This document shows positions 40,198 through 50,194 of a stretch of 64,000 nucleotides of DNA, piece by piece. Origin of the DNA: Candidatus Woesearchaeota archaeon CG10_big_fil_rev_8_21_14_0_10_44_13 (GTDB lineage Archaea; Nanobdellota; Nanobdellia; Woesearchaeales; UBA12501). The position numbers and the translations under genes were made by a program. The notes under the pieces are model-generated. The model saw nothing but the letters and a program-made list of their open reading frames with translations. It was not told the origin of the DNA and made no database searches. The stretch covers positions 80,399 to 144,398 of the forward strand of contig PCXZ01000030.1 of assembly GCA_002762985.1 (NCBI GenBank), written 5' to 3'. The stretch's first letter is position 1; every line of letters starts with the position of its first letter.

Positions 40198-41479
40198 GAT
40201 AGATAAAGCCGAGCTTTCTCATCTCCTTCGGCTCGTATATGTTCCTTCCGTCGAAGACTATCGGCCTCTTGAGCATGGATTTTACCTTATTCAGGTCAAG
40301 ATTCCTGAACTCGTCCCATTCTGTCACAATGACCAGCGCATCGCATCCTTTAAGCGTTTCATAAGGGTCCTTAGTATAATCAATGTTTTTGAGTATGTGC
40401 TTTGCCGTGTGTTCTGCCTCCGGATCGAACGCAGTGATCTTTGCGCCTTCTTTCTGAAGCTCATTTATGATCGTTATCGAAGGCGCTTCCCTCATATCAT
40501 CTGTCTTAGGCTTGAAGGCCAGGCCCCAGATCGCTATCCTCTTGTTCTTCAGGTCTCCCAGCTCTTTCTTTATCTTAGGGATCATCCATCTTTTCTGCTC
40601 TTCATTGACCTCTTCTACGGCTGTGACTATCTTCATGTCGATGCCATAATCTTTTGCGGTCGAGATAAGTCCCTTCACATCCTTCGGGAAGCAGCTTCCG
40701 CCGTAGCCTACCCCTGCCTGCAGGAACCTCGGCCCTATCCTTGTGTCCAGGCCCATGCCTTTAGCCACCATCTTTATGTCTGCTCCTGCCTTCTCGCACA
40801 GCCTTGCCAGTTCGTTCATGAATGATATCCTTGTCGCCAGCATCGCATTGCTTGCGTATTTTATCATCTCGGCTGTCTTGACATCTGTTACTAGCACTGG
40901 TTTTCCTGTCCTTTCTATGCCTTTGTATATCTCAAGCATCATCTCCCTTGCTTTTGCGTTCTCTACTCCTATGACGACCCTGTCAGGGTTCATGAAATCC
41001 TTTATCGCCTCCCCTTCCCTCAGGAATTCAGGGTTTGACACAAGGTCGAAATCATGCTTCTCCTTCTGGTTCTTCCTTATTATATCTTTAACCTTGTCTG
41101 CTGTCCCTACAGGCACTGTGCTCTTGTCGACAATCACCTTATAGCAGTTCATGTGTCTCCCTATGTCTGCTGCAGCTGAATCAATATATCTCATATCGAC
41201 TGAACCGTCATCATTCGAGGGCGTGCCTACCGCTATGAATATGACATCAGAGCCCTGGATTGCCTTCCTTGAATCTGTCGTGAATGTGAGCCTTTTTTCC
41301 CTCACATTCCTCTTCACATGATCGCTCAGGCCTGGTTCGTATATCGGGATTATGCCTTTTGAGAATTTCTCTATCTTCTCCTTGTCCACATCAAGGCATA
41401 TGACCTCATTGCCCAGGTCTGCAAGGCAGGCGCCTGTCACGCTCCCCACATATCCTGTCCCTATGATTGTTATTTTCAT
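40181..41479 (-). CDS. ugd: UDP-glucose 6-dehydrogenase
   Basis: [43 protein letters not shown]. Confidence 0.95.
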   Translation of the reverse strand: MKITIIGTGYVGSVTGACLADLGNEVICLDVDKEKIEKFSKGIIPIYEPGLSDHVKRNVREKRLTFTTDSRKAIQGSDVIFIAVGTPSNDDGSVDMRYIDSAAADIGRHMNCYKVIVDKSTVPVGTADKVKDIIRKNQKEKHDFDLVSNPEFLREGEAIKDFMNPDRVVIGVENAKAREMMLEIYKGIERTGKPVLVTDVKTAEMIKYASNAMLATRISFMNELARLCEKAGADIKMVAKGMGLDTRIGPRFLQAGVGYGGSCFPKDVKGLISTAKDYGIDMKIVTAVEEVNEEQKRWMIPKIKKELGDLKNKRIAIWGLAFKPKTDDMREAPSITIINELQKEGAKITAFDPEAEHTAKHILKNIDYTKDPYETLKGCDALVIVTEWDEFRNLDLNKVKSMLKRPIVFDGRNIYEPKEMRKLGFIYHGVGR

Positions 41480-43047
41480 TTTGTCACCTTCTGTTTATCC
41501 TCGCCCGTGTATGGCGGCATCTTTTGATCATATTCACCAACACCATCAAATTTAGACAACAACCCCTGGATCGCCTGGATTATGTCATACATCTCTTTCC
41601 TTGTATTGAAGGATTCTGCAGTAATCACGAGAACGGGCTGGTTTGATGATGCCCTTATCAGGCCCCAGCTTCCATTATCAAAGATAAAACGGACACCATT
41701 GATCGTCACGAGCTCTTTTATCCTCTTTCCTGCAAAATTTTCACCATTTTTCTTCATTTTCCTGAATATTTCCGTGACTTCATCAACAATATCATATTTA
41801 ACAGAATCATTTGTCGTTGAAGGCTCCAATGTCGGGCTCTGATATGACTTTGGCTGCTGCGACATGATTTCTGACAATGGAGCGTCATTATTGGACAGTA
41901 TTGTGACAAACCACGCTGCTGACATGCATGCATCATCATATCCTTTGCCAAACTTCTGCCTTAGGAAGAAATGGCCGCTTTTCTCAAAACCTGCCAATGC
42001 GCCTATCTCGTCAGATTTGGCCTTTACATAGCTATGCCCTGTCTTGCTGAAAACAATCCTGCTCTTGTATTTATTCAGTATTGTGTCGATTGAATAAGCG
42101 CCGGTTGATTTGACATCAATAACTATGTTCTGCGCAGGAGGCATCTTCTGCACGAGGAACCTTGCGATGAAAAGCCCGACCCTGTCTGAAAATATGATAT
42201 TTCCCTTCTCGTCTACTACTCCCAAACGATCCCCGTCACCATCCACGACAACGCCTATGTCCGCCCCCTGTTTCCTTACGAATTCCCCTATGGCATTCAC
42301 AAACTTCATGTCCTCTGGATTGGGATTGAACTTGGGGAAATCCCAGTCCAGATCGCATTCGAATTCGATTACATCAAAACCGAGGCTTTTTATCAGTCTA
42401 GGGATGAAGTAACTTCCGCCCCCGTTAGCCCCTGAAACAATTACCTTGAGCTTTCTCTTTTTAAGATAAGGCTTCACTGTTTTTTGGATATCTGCCAGGT
42501 ATAACCTGTCCATGCCTTCAAATTTTGAATAATGGCCGGCGCCTTTCATGAATTTTTCAGAATAAACAAGCTTCTTGAATCCTACTATGTCCTCAGGCCC
42601 AAAAGTCTTTGAATATCCTTTTGCAAGTTTCAGGCCGGTCCATCCATTATCATTATGGCTTGCTGTGATCATTGCGGCACTTATCAGTTTCAGGTGATAC
42701 TGGCTGAAATAGAGCATCGGCGTTATTACAACACCAATATCGATTACATCCACTCCTGTTGAGAGCACGCCCGTGATAAAAGCATATGTGTTGCCTTTTG
42801 AATAAGACCTGTAATCGCAGCCTACGCTCATCTTTTTCTTCTTAAGGACCTTTCGTACATATGTGCCATAAGCCTGGCCAAGGACAAAAAAACCTTCTGT
42901 GTTTATTGCGGGCTCAATCTGCTTGCCGCCTTTAGTTAGGGGTATAAGTGGGTTCCTTAGGTCATACTCGCGGAAGAGGTTTTCCCCTATGACGGGGTTA
43001 TCTGCCCACCCATAGCTCTTGAATTTGGCTTTTTTAAGAATTCTCAT
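41476..43047 (-). CDS. Phosphomannomutase/phosphoglucomutase
   Basis: FREYD.R, ITASHN, DGDGDR, GFEKSGH, RASSN. Confidence 0.93.
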   Translation of the reverse strand: MRILKKAKFKSYGWADNPVIGENLFREYDLRNPLIPLTKGGKQIEPAINTEGFFVLGQAYGTYVRKVLKKKKMSVGCDYRSYSKGNTYAFITGVLSTGVDVIDIGVVITPMLYFSQYHLKLISAAMITASHNDNGWTGLKLAKGYSKTFGPEDIVGFKKLVYSEKFMKGAGHYSKFEGMDRLYLADIQKTVKPYLKKRKLKVIVSGANGGGSYFIPRLIKSLGFDVIEFECDLDWDFPKFNPNPEDMKFVNAIGEFVRKQGADIGVVVDGDGDRLGVVDEKGNIIFSDRVGLFIARFLVQKMPPAQNIVIDVKSTGAYSIDTILNKYKSRIVFSKTGHSYVKAKSDEIGALAGFEKSGHFFLRQKFGKGYDDACMSAAWFVTILSNNDAPLSEIMSQQPKSYQSPTLEPSTTNDSVKYDIVDEVTEIFRKMKKNGENFAGKRIKELVTINGVRFIFDNGSWGLIRASSNQPVLVITAESFNTRKEMYDIIQAIQGLLSKFDGVGEYDQKMPPYTGEDKQKVTK

Positions 43048-43308
43048 TATGCATCCCTAAAAACTGCCTGTTTTTTGGTTACCATAGGCTAATATGTTAT
43101 GGGAGCCATATTTAAATTTTGTTAAAATTCCCCCTATTCTGCAAAAAAGGCCACATAAGCCAATATTGGCCAATAAGGGCTTTTTTTGGCAGATAAGCCC
43201 TTCTTATAACGAAAGCTTTAAATATTAATATATGTTTTTATACATTAATTTTGCAGGAGTAGCAAAATCATGTTAGAATAGCAGAATAAACCAAAAAGGT
43301 GATGTTTT

Positions 43309-43578
43309 ATGTTAAAAATGCAGAAGATATCTGAAACTTATGAACTAAAGGTCTTCACAGACACAGGCGAATATTTCGGCGATGTCGAGGAATCGATCCT
43401 GACAAAGACGAAGGTTTTCGGCTGGAGGGTCAAGGCAACAAAGAATTCTTATCTTGCGAAAGTCCTTGGATCCGCAAAAGGTGTCATTGTCCCGCATCAG
43501 CTTGTGAAGTCCATAGGTGATGTGATGATAATATCGAAAGCTGCGATCCCAAGCTATTCTGGCGAAGGCGAAGCTTAA
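43309..43578 (+). CDS. PRC-barrel domain protein (CdpB-like)
   Basis: VFTDTGEYFGDV...VPHQLVKSIGDVMII; SD AGGTGA upstream. Confidence 0.8.
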   Translation: MLKMQKISETYELKVFTDTGEYFGDVEESILTKTKVFGWRVKATKNSYLAKVLGSAKGVIVPHQLVKSIGDVMIISKAAIPSYSGEGEA

Positions 43579-43681
43579 ATTTTTTTATTAATCTTATTAA
43601 TCTATAATTGATATATGATCTATCTTCATCTGTTTAGATAATTCATATCCAGATATCTCTTCAGATTTATCCTTAATTATT

Positions 43682-45073
43682 TCAGAAAACCATCTCAAAC
43701 TGCCTGCTTTTCTCTGCATCGCGTTTTGCTTCTGTTATGAGTCTCCTGTAGACGGCCTTCATCTTCCCCGACATATCCAGTGTCTCAGGTATGAAAACAG
43801 TCTGCATGCATCTCCTTCTTGTGCAGTCATCTATGACATTCTCCCGGCAGTTGGAATTATCTATATTTCCTTCCCTGACGGACATGTTCAGGAAGGGATT
43901 GTGGTCATAAGGCTCTGGCGTGCTGTGGAAATTGACATCCCCCTGCAGGGTCTTTTTTATCACAATGGGCGCATGCTCAAATGAGCAGGCCAATTCTATT
44001 GATTCGCTGCCTTTCTCATACCTTTCTGCCACCATCTCGTAAGGGCTGTCCTTGAAAACAATCGTGTAGTAGGGCATCTTGGTATAGCCCATCTCAGTTA
44101 TCTTTTCCCTTATCTTCCTCACCCACCTGTTCTCGTTCATCTGGTATGAGCTGCTCCTTCCGAAATCTTTTGTCTTCTGCCTCATGACTGCAAATCTTGC
44201 CAATCCTACATCTCCTGTCCTGTTCAGCGCTGCGCTGTAATGCTCGAATATTTCTGTCAGTCTCCTGTTTATGCTGTAAAGCGTTTCGCCTTTGACATAA
44301 TGCGCTATCAGGACATCGACTTCAAGGCTTGAGAGGAAAGGATTGCTGACAAAATCAAATGCGAGAGTAGGGTTTATCCTCCTTGTGTTCCTCTTCCCAT
44401 AATCGATCGAGAAATCCCTACCTAACCTGAGCTGCATGAATTGTGCTGTCTCAAGGGCAGCTGGATGGGAACCCATCACTCTTAGGTTCTTCTGGCTTTC
44501 AAAATCGCCATCAGGAGCAGAGCTGTATATGTCTTCATACTGTATGAGCCCGGAATCAGTGACAAATGGGTTGTTTATGTGGACGCTGTTGAATCCCTTG
44601 CTCTTTGATTTTATCATTCCTTCGAGGGACCTGCCGTAGATCCTTGGGTTTTCTATTGCGCTCATGCCTCCCTCGACCCAGAGATTCTTTGATCCCTCTT
44701 TCTTCTGTATGCGATCCACAAGTATCCTTTCAAGGTCTTCGATAGGGCATTGCAGCAATCCCTCTTTGCCATTGATCGGGAACTTGGGGCTGTAAGATAG
44801 GGTGCCTTCCTGCATCTTCTGCGTCTCATCCTTTTTGAATGCCTGCCATCTCTCAAGCCATTTTATAAGCTGGGGCTGGGTCGTTATTATGGTGTGGCCG
44901 ATTATATACCTTGCAGGATCACAGAATAAGGTGTTTGACCCCGATCTTATGGCTACCCCGTAATTCCTGGGGAGGATTATGTTCGTTTCTGGGATGTTAG
45001 TTTCAAGAATATCCGCCCCGGAGTCATTTTCCTGCCCTGTTCCCTTGCCTGTATGCCCTGTATCCTGCGCCAT
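43682..45073 (-). CDS. Hypothetical protein (463 aa)
   Basis: Long ORF with a TATA-like element upstream; no motif recognised. Confidence 0.7.
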   Translation of the reverse strand: MAQDTGHTGKGTGQENDSGADILETNIPETNIILPRNYGVAIRSGSNTLFCDPARYIIGHTIITTQPQLIKWLERWQAFKKDETQKMQEGTLSYSPKFPINGKEGLLQCPIEDLERILVDRIQKKEGSKNLWVEGGMSAIENPRIYGRSLEGMIKSKSKGFNSVHINNPFVTDSGLIQYEDIYSSAPDGDFESQKNLRVMGSHPAALETAQFMQLRLGRDFSIDYGKRNTRRINPTLAFDFVSNPFLSSLEVDVLIAHYVKGETLYSINRRLTEIFEHYSAALNRTGDVGLARFAVMRQKTKDFGRSSSYQMNENRWVRKIREKITEMGYTKMPYYTIVFKDSPYEMVAERYEKGSESIELACSFEHAPIVIKKTLQGDVNFHSTPEPYDHNPFLNMSVREGNIDNSNCRENVIDDCTRRRCMQTVFIPETLDMSGKMKAVYRRLITEAKRDAEKSRQFEMVF

Positions 45074-45107
45074 ATGAGGGAGAGTGCATCAGGAGTATAA
45101 ATAAGAT

Positions 45108-45129
45108 TGCGGTGATAAACATCACCACA
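45108..45129. promoter_or_regulatory. Palindromic operator between divergent TATA boxes
   Basis: TGCGGTGAT-AAAC-ATCACCACA between TATAAATA (about 45096) and TTTATATA (about 45133). Confidence 0.5.
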
Positions 45130-45147
45130 AAATTTATATAGTGATAA

Positions 45148-45882
45148 ATGAGGGGTTTTCCAATGGACATAAAAGTGCTTGAGGATGCAGGATTAACGAA
45201 CACAGAAGCCAGGATCTACACTATGCTGCTGAGGTCAGGCAGTGCTATGGCCGGGAAGATATCAAGGGATACAGGCATCCACAGGAGATCGGTCTATGAT
45301 GCCATAGAGAGACTTGTTGAGAAAGGCCTTGTGTCCTACATAAAGACGAATAACAGGAACTATTTCCAGGCAGAGGATCCAAAGAGGTTCATTGAGCTGC
45401 TCAAGGAGAAGGAAGAGGGCATAAAAGCCGTGCTGCCTGAGCTTGAGGGCCTGAAAAAGATGGCTCCAGAGACAAAGGAGACTACATTCTACAGGGGTAA
45501 GCTGGCAATAAGGTCGATTTTTGACGACCAGATAAACGAAGGGGGTGAGATACTTGTCCTTGGGGGCTCTGAGAATGTCAATGAGATAATGGGCTACTAT
45601 TTCATACATTATGATAAGGAAAGGAAGAAAAAGAGGATAAATGTGAAGATAATATTCAGGGAATCCGCCAAGAAGGGAGATTATGTCAAAAACATACCTT
45701 TGGCAGACATAAGATACATACCTGACAAGAACTCATCCCCTCTGGCAATAAATATCTATGGCAACAAGGTTGCCATAATCCTATGGACAAATGAGCCCAT
45801 AGGCATATTAATAAAAGAGAAGGCCATTGCAGACGGATATACTAAATATTTCGATATGGTATGGGAAAGCGCAAAAAGATGA
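45148..45882 (+). CDS. TrmB-family transcriptional regulator
   Basis: GLT.TEARIY..LL, IHRRSVYDAIERL.EKGLV, C-terminal IYGNKVAI...F..VW. Confidence 0.88.
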   Translation: MRGFPMDIKVLEDAGLTNTEARIYTMLLRSGSAMAGKISRDTGIHRRSVYDAIERLVEKGLVSYIKTNNRNYFQAEDPKRFIELLKEKEEGIKAVLPELEGLKKMAPETKETTFYRGKLAIRSIFDDQINEGGEILVLGGSENVNEIMGYYFIHYDKERKKKRINVKIIFRESAKKGDYVKNIPLADIRYIPDKNSSPLAINIYGNKVAIILWTNEPIGILIKEKAIADGYTKYFDMVWESAKR

Positions 45883-45924
45883 GAGATCCGGAAAGATGAA
45901 AACCAAAAAGATTAAAAAAGAAGA

Positions 45925-46812
45925 ATGAAAATCCTGATCATAGCGAATCCGAAATCGGGGAAGGGCGCTGCAAAAAAAGTGATGCCCAGGCTGAAGAATT
46001 TCTTTGAAAAAAATTATGCTGAGCTGGATGTATACTTAACAAAAAAACAGAATGATGCGACTGCTAAAGCTAAGGGCGCTGCAAGATCAGGGAGATATGA
46101 CATCATTGCGGCCTGCGGCGGTGATGGTACAGTGAATGAGGTGCTTAATGGGATGGTCATGGCAGGGAAAAAAGGAAAAAAAGTGAGATTTGGGGTCATA
46201 CCGCTGGGAACAGAGAATGTCCTGGCCCAGGAGACAGGGATCCCTTTTGACACATTAAGCGCTGCAAGGGTCATATTGGAAGGGAAAACCATAAACATCG
46301 ACCTTGGCAATGCAAACGGAAGATACTTCGTCCTTATGGCAGGCATAGGATTTGATGCGCATGTGGCTTCAAAGCTTAAGCCTTTTGTCAAGAAGATAAT
46401 AGGGAGGGCTGTATATCCAATTACAGCCTGGAACGAGCTTCTGAAGTATAAACATTCTGAGCTCGATATAACCATTGACAGGAAGATAAAGACTAAAGGG
46501 ACCTACATAGTCGTAGGCAACATAAAGAATTATGGGGCCGGGCTTAAGATCACGCCCAAGGCAAGCATAAGCGACGGTTTTGTCGATGCCTGCATATTCA
46601 AAGGCAAAGACGTCTTCAGTTTCCTGGAATTTATCGGGGGCACTTTCACCAAGAAGCATATGGATCTCTCAACAATAGAATACCACAAGGCAAAAGAGGT
46701 CGTTGTAAGGTCAAAGGATAAAGTGTTGTGCCATGTCGACTGCGAGGTCATAGGCACTACTCCTGTGAGGATAAAGGCATGCCCCGGCATTGTGAAGATG
46801 ATAGTACCTTAA
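45925..46812 (+). CDS. Diacylglycerol/lipid kinase family protein (YegS/DAGK)
   Basis: NPKSG, GGDGTVNEV, PLGT.N, GIGFDA. Confidence 0.92.
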   Translation: MKILIIANPKSGKGAAKKVMPRLKNFFEKNYAELDVYLTKKQNDATAKAKGAARSGRYDIIAACGGDGTVNEVLNGMVMAGKKGKKVRFGVIPLGTENVLAQETGIPFDTLSAARVILEGKTINIDLGNANGRYFVLMAGIGFDAHVASKLKPFVKKIIGRAVYPITAWNELLKYKHSELDITIDRKIKTKGTYIVVGNIKNYGAGLKITPKASISDGFVDACIFKGKDVFSFLEFIGGTFTKKHMDLSTIEYHKAKEVVVRSKDKVLCHVDCEVIGTTPVRIKACPGIVKMIVP

Positions 46813-46888
46813 AAGAATTATTAAGATGTTTTTACCTTTGATTTTATCTTCTTTTACCTCCACTCCAAGTGAGCCTACTCTCTCGGCC

Positions 46889-47374
46889 TTATTTATCGTC
46901 CTTCAATACCCTCTCAATCTCCTCTTTTGTTGTTGAATCGACGGTTGAGAACAGAGACAATAATCCTGCCTTCAATCCTGCCCCTTCTGTCACAAGGTCA
47001 TGCGTCATGGGGTACAATGTCCATCTCTTCTCCGTCTTTGAGAAAGGATTTATGAAATAGATGCTGAAATGCCTCTTGAATTTTGCAAGTTTTTCCCAGC
47101 TCTTTATAACTGCGTCAAATGCTTCCTTGGTGTTGTAGACTGCAAGCGAGCAGTTATCATGGCCCTTGAGCCTGTCAAGAGATGATATGAGATTAGAATT
47201 GTCAAGGAACGGCTCGATAAGGTATATGTGCTCTTTTCCGTCCTTAAGCTTTGCTATGACAATCTCCTCTTTCTGGCTGATCTCAAGGATATTCTTCACT
47301 ATGAGATCCTTGTTCTTCACAAACCTCGCAACCCATTCTGCAAGATAATCCCGCGGATTTGCTATCCTGATCAC
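46889..47374 (-). CDS. Hypothetical protein
   Basis: 161-aa ORF coupled to the upstream gene. Confidence 0.65.
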   Translation of the reverse strand: MIRIANPRDYLAEWVARFVKNKDLIVKNILEISQKEEIVIAKLKDGKEHIYLIEPFLDNSNLISSLDRLKGHDNCSLAVYNTKEAFDAVIKSWEKLAKFKRHFSIYFINPFSKTEKRWTLYPMTHDLVTEGAGLKAGLLSLFSTVDSTTKEEIERVLKDDK

Positions 47375-47958
47375 CTGTTTTTTTGTTTTGATTGCCCTGA
47401 TTTCTCTTTGCTTATGTCTTCTATCACGTTATGGTGCTCTTTTGTAGGTTTCTCGAAATAAGGCAGTATCTTCAAGAGCCTTGGAATCCTCTGTATCGGC
47501 CTTATCAGCCTGACAATCAACCTTGTGCGGCTCAGCTTCTCTGTTCTTTCTGCTGTCTTCATGAGCCTCAACCCTTCCCTCTCGAGCACTATGCCCTCAT
47601 GCAGTATTGTCGGAGGCTCCATAAAGAGCTGCGGCAGGTTTGATATGAGGTATATCTGCTCAAAAAGCCTGAAAACAAGGAAAAATGGGAAGACTGCAAT
47701 TATATCCAACCAGTGTTTTTTGAGAAACTCAGGTATTTTCCTGACTTTGATGTATTTGAACACAAGATCTATGCAAAAAACCGCCAGTATGAAGTAATCG
47801 AGCACTGAAACATAAAATTCATACGGGCTTATCAGCTCTTCGAACGCAAGGTCAACTACTATCAGGACAAGCAATAAGATGACAAGATAAGGGATGCTCT
47901 TATCTATCACATATTCGATTTTATGGAGTATGTCATGGATCTTCTCTTTTTTTACCAT
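47371..47958 (-). CDS. Ion-transport (voltage-sensor S1-S4-like) membrane protein without a pore
   Basis: DYFILAVFCIDL (S2), WLDIIAVFPF (S3), RLIVRLIRPIQRIPRLLK (S4-like); start at MVKKEK. Confidence 0.6.
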   Translation of the reverse strand: MVKKEKIHDILHKIEYVIDKSIPYLVILLLVLIVVDLAFEELISPYEFYVSVLDYFILAVFCIDLVFKYIKVRKIPEFLKKHWLDIIAVFPFFLVFRLFEQIYLISNLPQLFMEPPTILHEGIVLEREGLRLMKTAERTEKLSRTRLIVRLIRPIQRIPRLLKILPYFEKPTKEHHNVIEDISKEKSGQSKQKNR

Positions 47959-48080
47959 GAAGACCGAGATAAGGTTTTTATTTATTAATGTTTCTGATGG
48001 ATTTGTTGATTGGGGGGCATGGCTGATTGAGAGAGACAAAGATTAATAAATGGATTCTGCGCATGATATGCCTGATATTC

Positions 48081-48734
48081 ATGGACGATTCAAACATCGG
48101 CAAGGTCATCTCGATCCTGAAGAAAGAGACGAAAGGATATGTCATCCCAATAGTCACAGAAGTGGCCGGCAGAGATGATCCTTTCCTTGTGCTCATCTCC
48201 TGCCTTATAAGCCTCAGGACAAAGGACCAGGTGACGGCAAAAGCGTCTGCAAGACTGTTCAGGCTGGCAAAAACTCCTGCAAAGATGATGAAACTGAGTG
48301 TGAAGCAGATTGAGGATGCGATCTATCCTGCGGGATTCTACAAGACAAAGGCGGGAAGGATAAAGGATATATCAAAAGTTTTGGCTGAAGATCATGGTAG
48401 CAGAGTCCCTGATGAGATTGATGAATTGCTGAAATTAAAAGGAGTAGGAAGGAAGACCGCAAACCTGGTCGTCACTCTTGGCTATGGCAAGCCTGGAATC
48501 TGTGTTGACACGCATGTGTATAGGATATCCAACAGATTAGGATATGTAAAGACAAGGAACCCGTTTGAGACTGAGATGGCACTGAGGAAAAAACTTCCTA
48601 AAAGATACTGGCTCATCTACAACGACCTCCTTGTCGCATGGGGGCAGAATGTCTGCGTCCCCATAAGCCCGTTCTGCAGCAGATGCACTATTGCGAAGTA
48701 CTGCAAGAGAGTTGGTGTCGGGAAAAGCAGATAA
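48081..48734 (+). CDS. nth: Endonuclease III
   Basis: LKGVGRKTANLV HhH, VDTHV, C-x6-C-x2-C-x5-C Fe-S motif; start at MDDSN. Confidence 0.93.
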   Translation: MDDSNIGKVISILKKETKGYVIPIVTEVAGRDDPFLVLISCLISLRTKDQVTAKASARLFRLAKTPAKMMKLSVKQIEDAIYPAGFYKTKAGRIKDISKVLAEDHGSRVPDEIDELLKLKGVGRKTANLVVTLGYGKPGICVDTHVYRISNRLGYVKTRNPFETEMALRKKLPKRYWLIYNDLLVAWGQNVCVPISPFCSRCTIAKYCKRVGVGKSR

Positions 48735-48743
48735 GGCATAAAC

Positions 48744-49121
48744 TCATGTTTGATATGCCTTACATCTGCTTAATATCTCTTCTGCCCTGCTTACAGTCAA
48801 CGAGGTGTCTTCCCTAATAACAACATAAACTATCTTCTCAAGCGCTTCTAAGTCCAAGGATGTGCCAATCTCTGCTGCTGGCGCGAGCTCATTCAACCCG
48901 ACGCCTATCGCGCCTATGCGCCTTCCATGATTATCAGGCAAACTGTGCCTTTCTTTCTCTACGATCTCGAACAGCCTGTTTATCGCCCGGACAGCCTCTT
49001 TCCTGTTGCCGTTATATCCCTCTAGCAGGCAACTTATTGTGCCAGGATAGTGTTTTGCATACTGCTTGAATTGTTCGTTCATGCCGTCAGTTTTCATTTT
49101 TCTCGCTCCATTGCTTTTCAT
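48744..49121 (-). CDS. Hypothetical protein
   Basis: ORF of about 125 aa; start uncertain. Confidence 0.45.
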   Translation of the reverse strand: MKSNGARKMKTDGMNEQFKQYAKHYPGTISCLLEGYNGNRKEAVRAINRLFEIVEKERHSLPDNHGRRIGAIGVGLNELAPAAEIGTSLDLEALEKIVYVVIREDTSLTVSRAEEILSRCKAYQT

Positions 49122-49391
49122 ACTATTGACCGGATCCGAAAGCAAGACTTAGCAGTTTACCAAGAAGAAACGATGAAGGCTCTTACCCAGCTAATGCTAA
49201 GCAAGGCTTTTACCAAAAGTAAAAGAATCCGGTCTTCTGACTGGCAAAATCTCCTTTGTCTGATTTTGCTGTCATTCCGATCATTAGCATGGTGACGCAT
49301 AGGGTATATTTAAAACTTTCTATAAAATAGGCTGTTTCCAACTGGACATGGGCAGGCAAATTATTTAAACAAACGCTTAAACCCATTTTCC

Positions 49392-50174
49392 ATGATCAGG
49401 AACAGCTTCATCTTCCTCGACAGGATAAGCAAGAACGCTGAAAAGAGGATATGGCAGCAGGGCATAGACAGCTGGGATTCTTTCATTGAAGCGAAGAGGA
49501 TTGACGGCATTTCCGGGCTGAGGAAAGGCCATTATGACAGGCAGATAGACGAGGCAAGAAGGCATCTTTATTCCATGAACTCAGCATATTTCACGAATAT
49601 GCTCACAAGAGGTGAGACATGGAGATTATATCCCTTCTTCAAAGAGGATGCCGTTTTCCTTGACATAGAGACGACAGGCTATTACGGCAATATAACTGTG
49701 ATAGGGCTTTATGACGGCATTGACACAAAGATGATGATAAAGGGAGTAAACCTGGACAAGGAGATAATAAAGAAAGAGCTGTCAAAATATAAATTGATTG
49801 TGACATTCAACGGCTCTTCATTCGACCTTCCTGTCATTGAGAGATATTTCCAGGGCGTTGTCCCTTATATACCACATATTGACCTGAGGCATGTCTGCTC
49901 AAAGATAGGCCTGACAGGCGGCCTCAAATCCATAGAGAGACAGTTGAACATAAAAAGGCTGCCTGAACTGGATAATGTCACAGGAGAGGATGCAGCAAAG
50001 CTGTGGAGGGTATTCAGGGCGACAGGTGATGAATATTACCTCAATCTCCTGCTGAAATACAATGAGGAGGATATAATAAACCTCAAGACTATCGCAGATT
50101 TCGCTGTGAAGGGATTATGGAGGAAGACGAGATACGGTGAAAATGTTGACGAAAAACGGAATGATGGAAAATAA
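49392..50174 (+). CDS. RNase H-like (YprB/DEDD) exonuclease family protein
   Basis: FLDIETTG, TFNG..FDLP, HIDL, GGLK.IE, YNEED. Confidence 0.85.
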   Translation: MIRNSFIFLDRISKNAEKRIWQQGIDSWDSFIEAKRIDGISGLRKGHYDRQIDEARRHLYSMNSAYFTNMLTRGETWRLYPFFKEDAVFLDIETTGYYGNITVIGLYDGIDTKMMIKGVNLDKEIIKKELSKYKLIVTFNGSSFDLPVIERYFQGVVPYIPHIDLRHVCSKIGLTGGLKSIERQLNIKRLPELDNVTGEDAAKLWRVFRATGDEYYLNLLLKYNEEDIINLKTIADFAVKGLWRKTRYGENVDEKRNDGK

Positions 50175-50194
50175 TGGAAAAAGAGGCTGAATGA

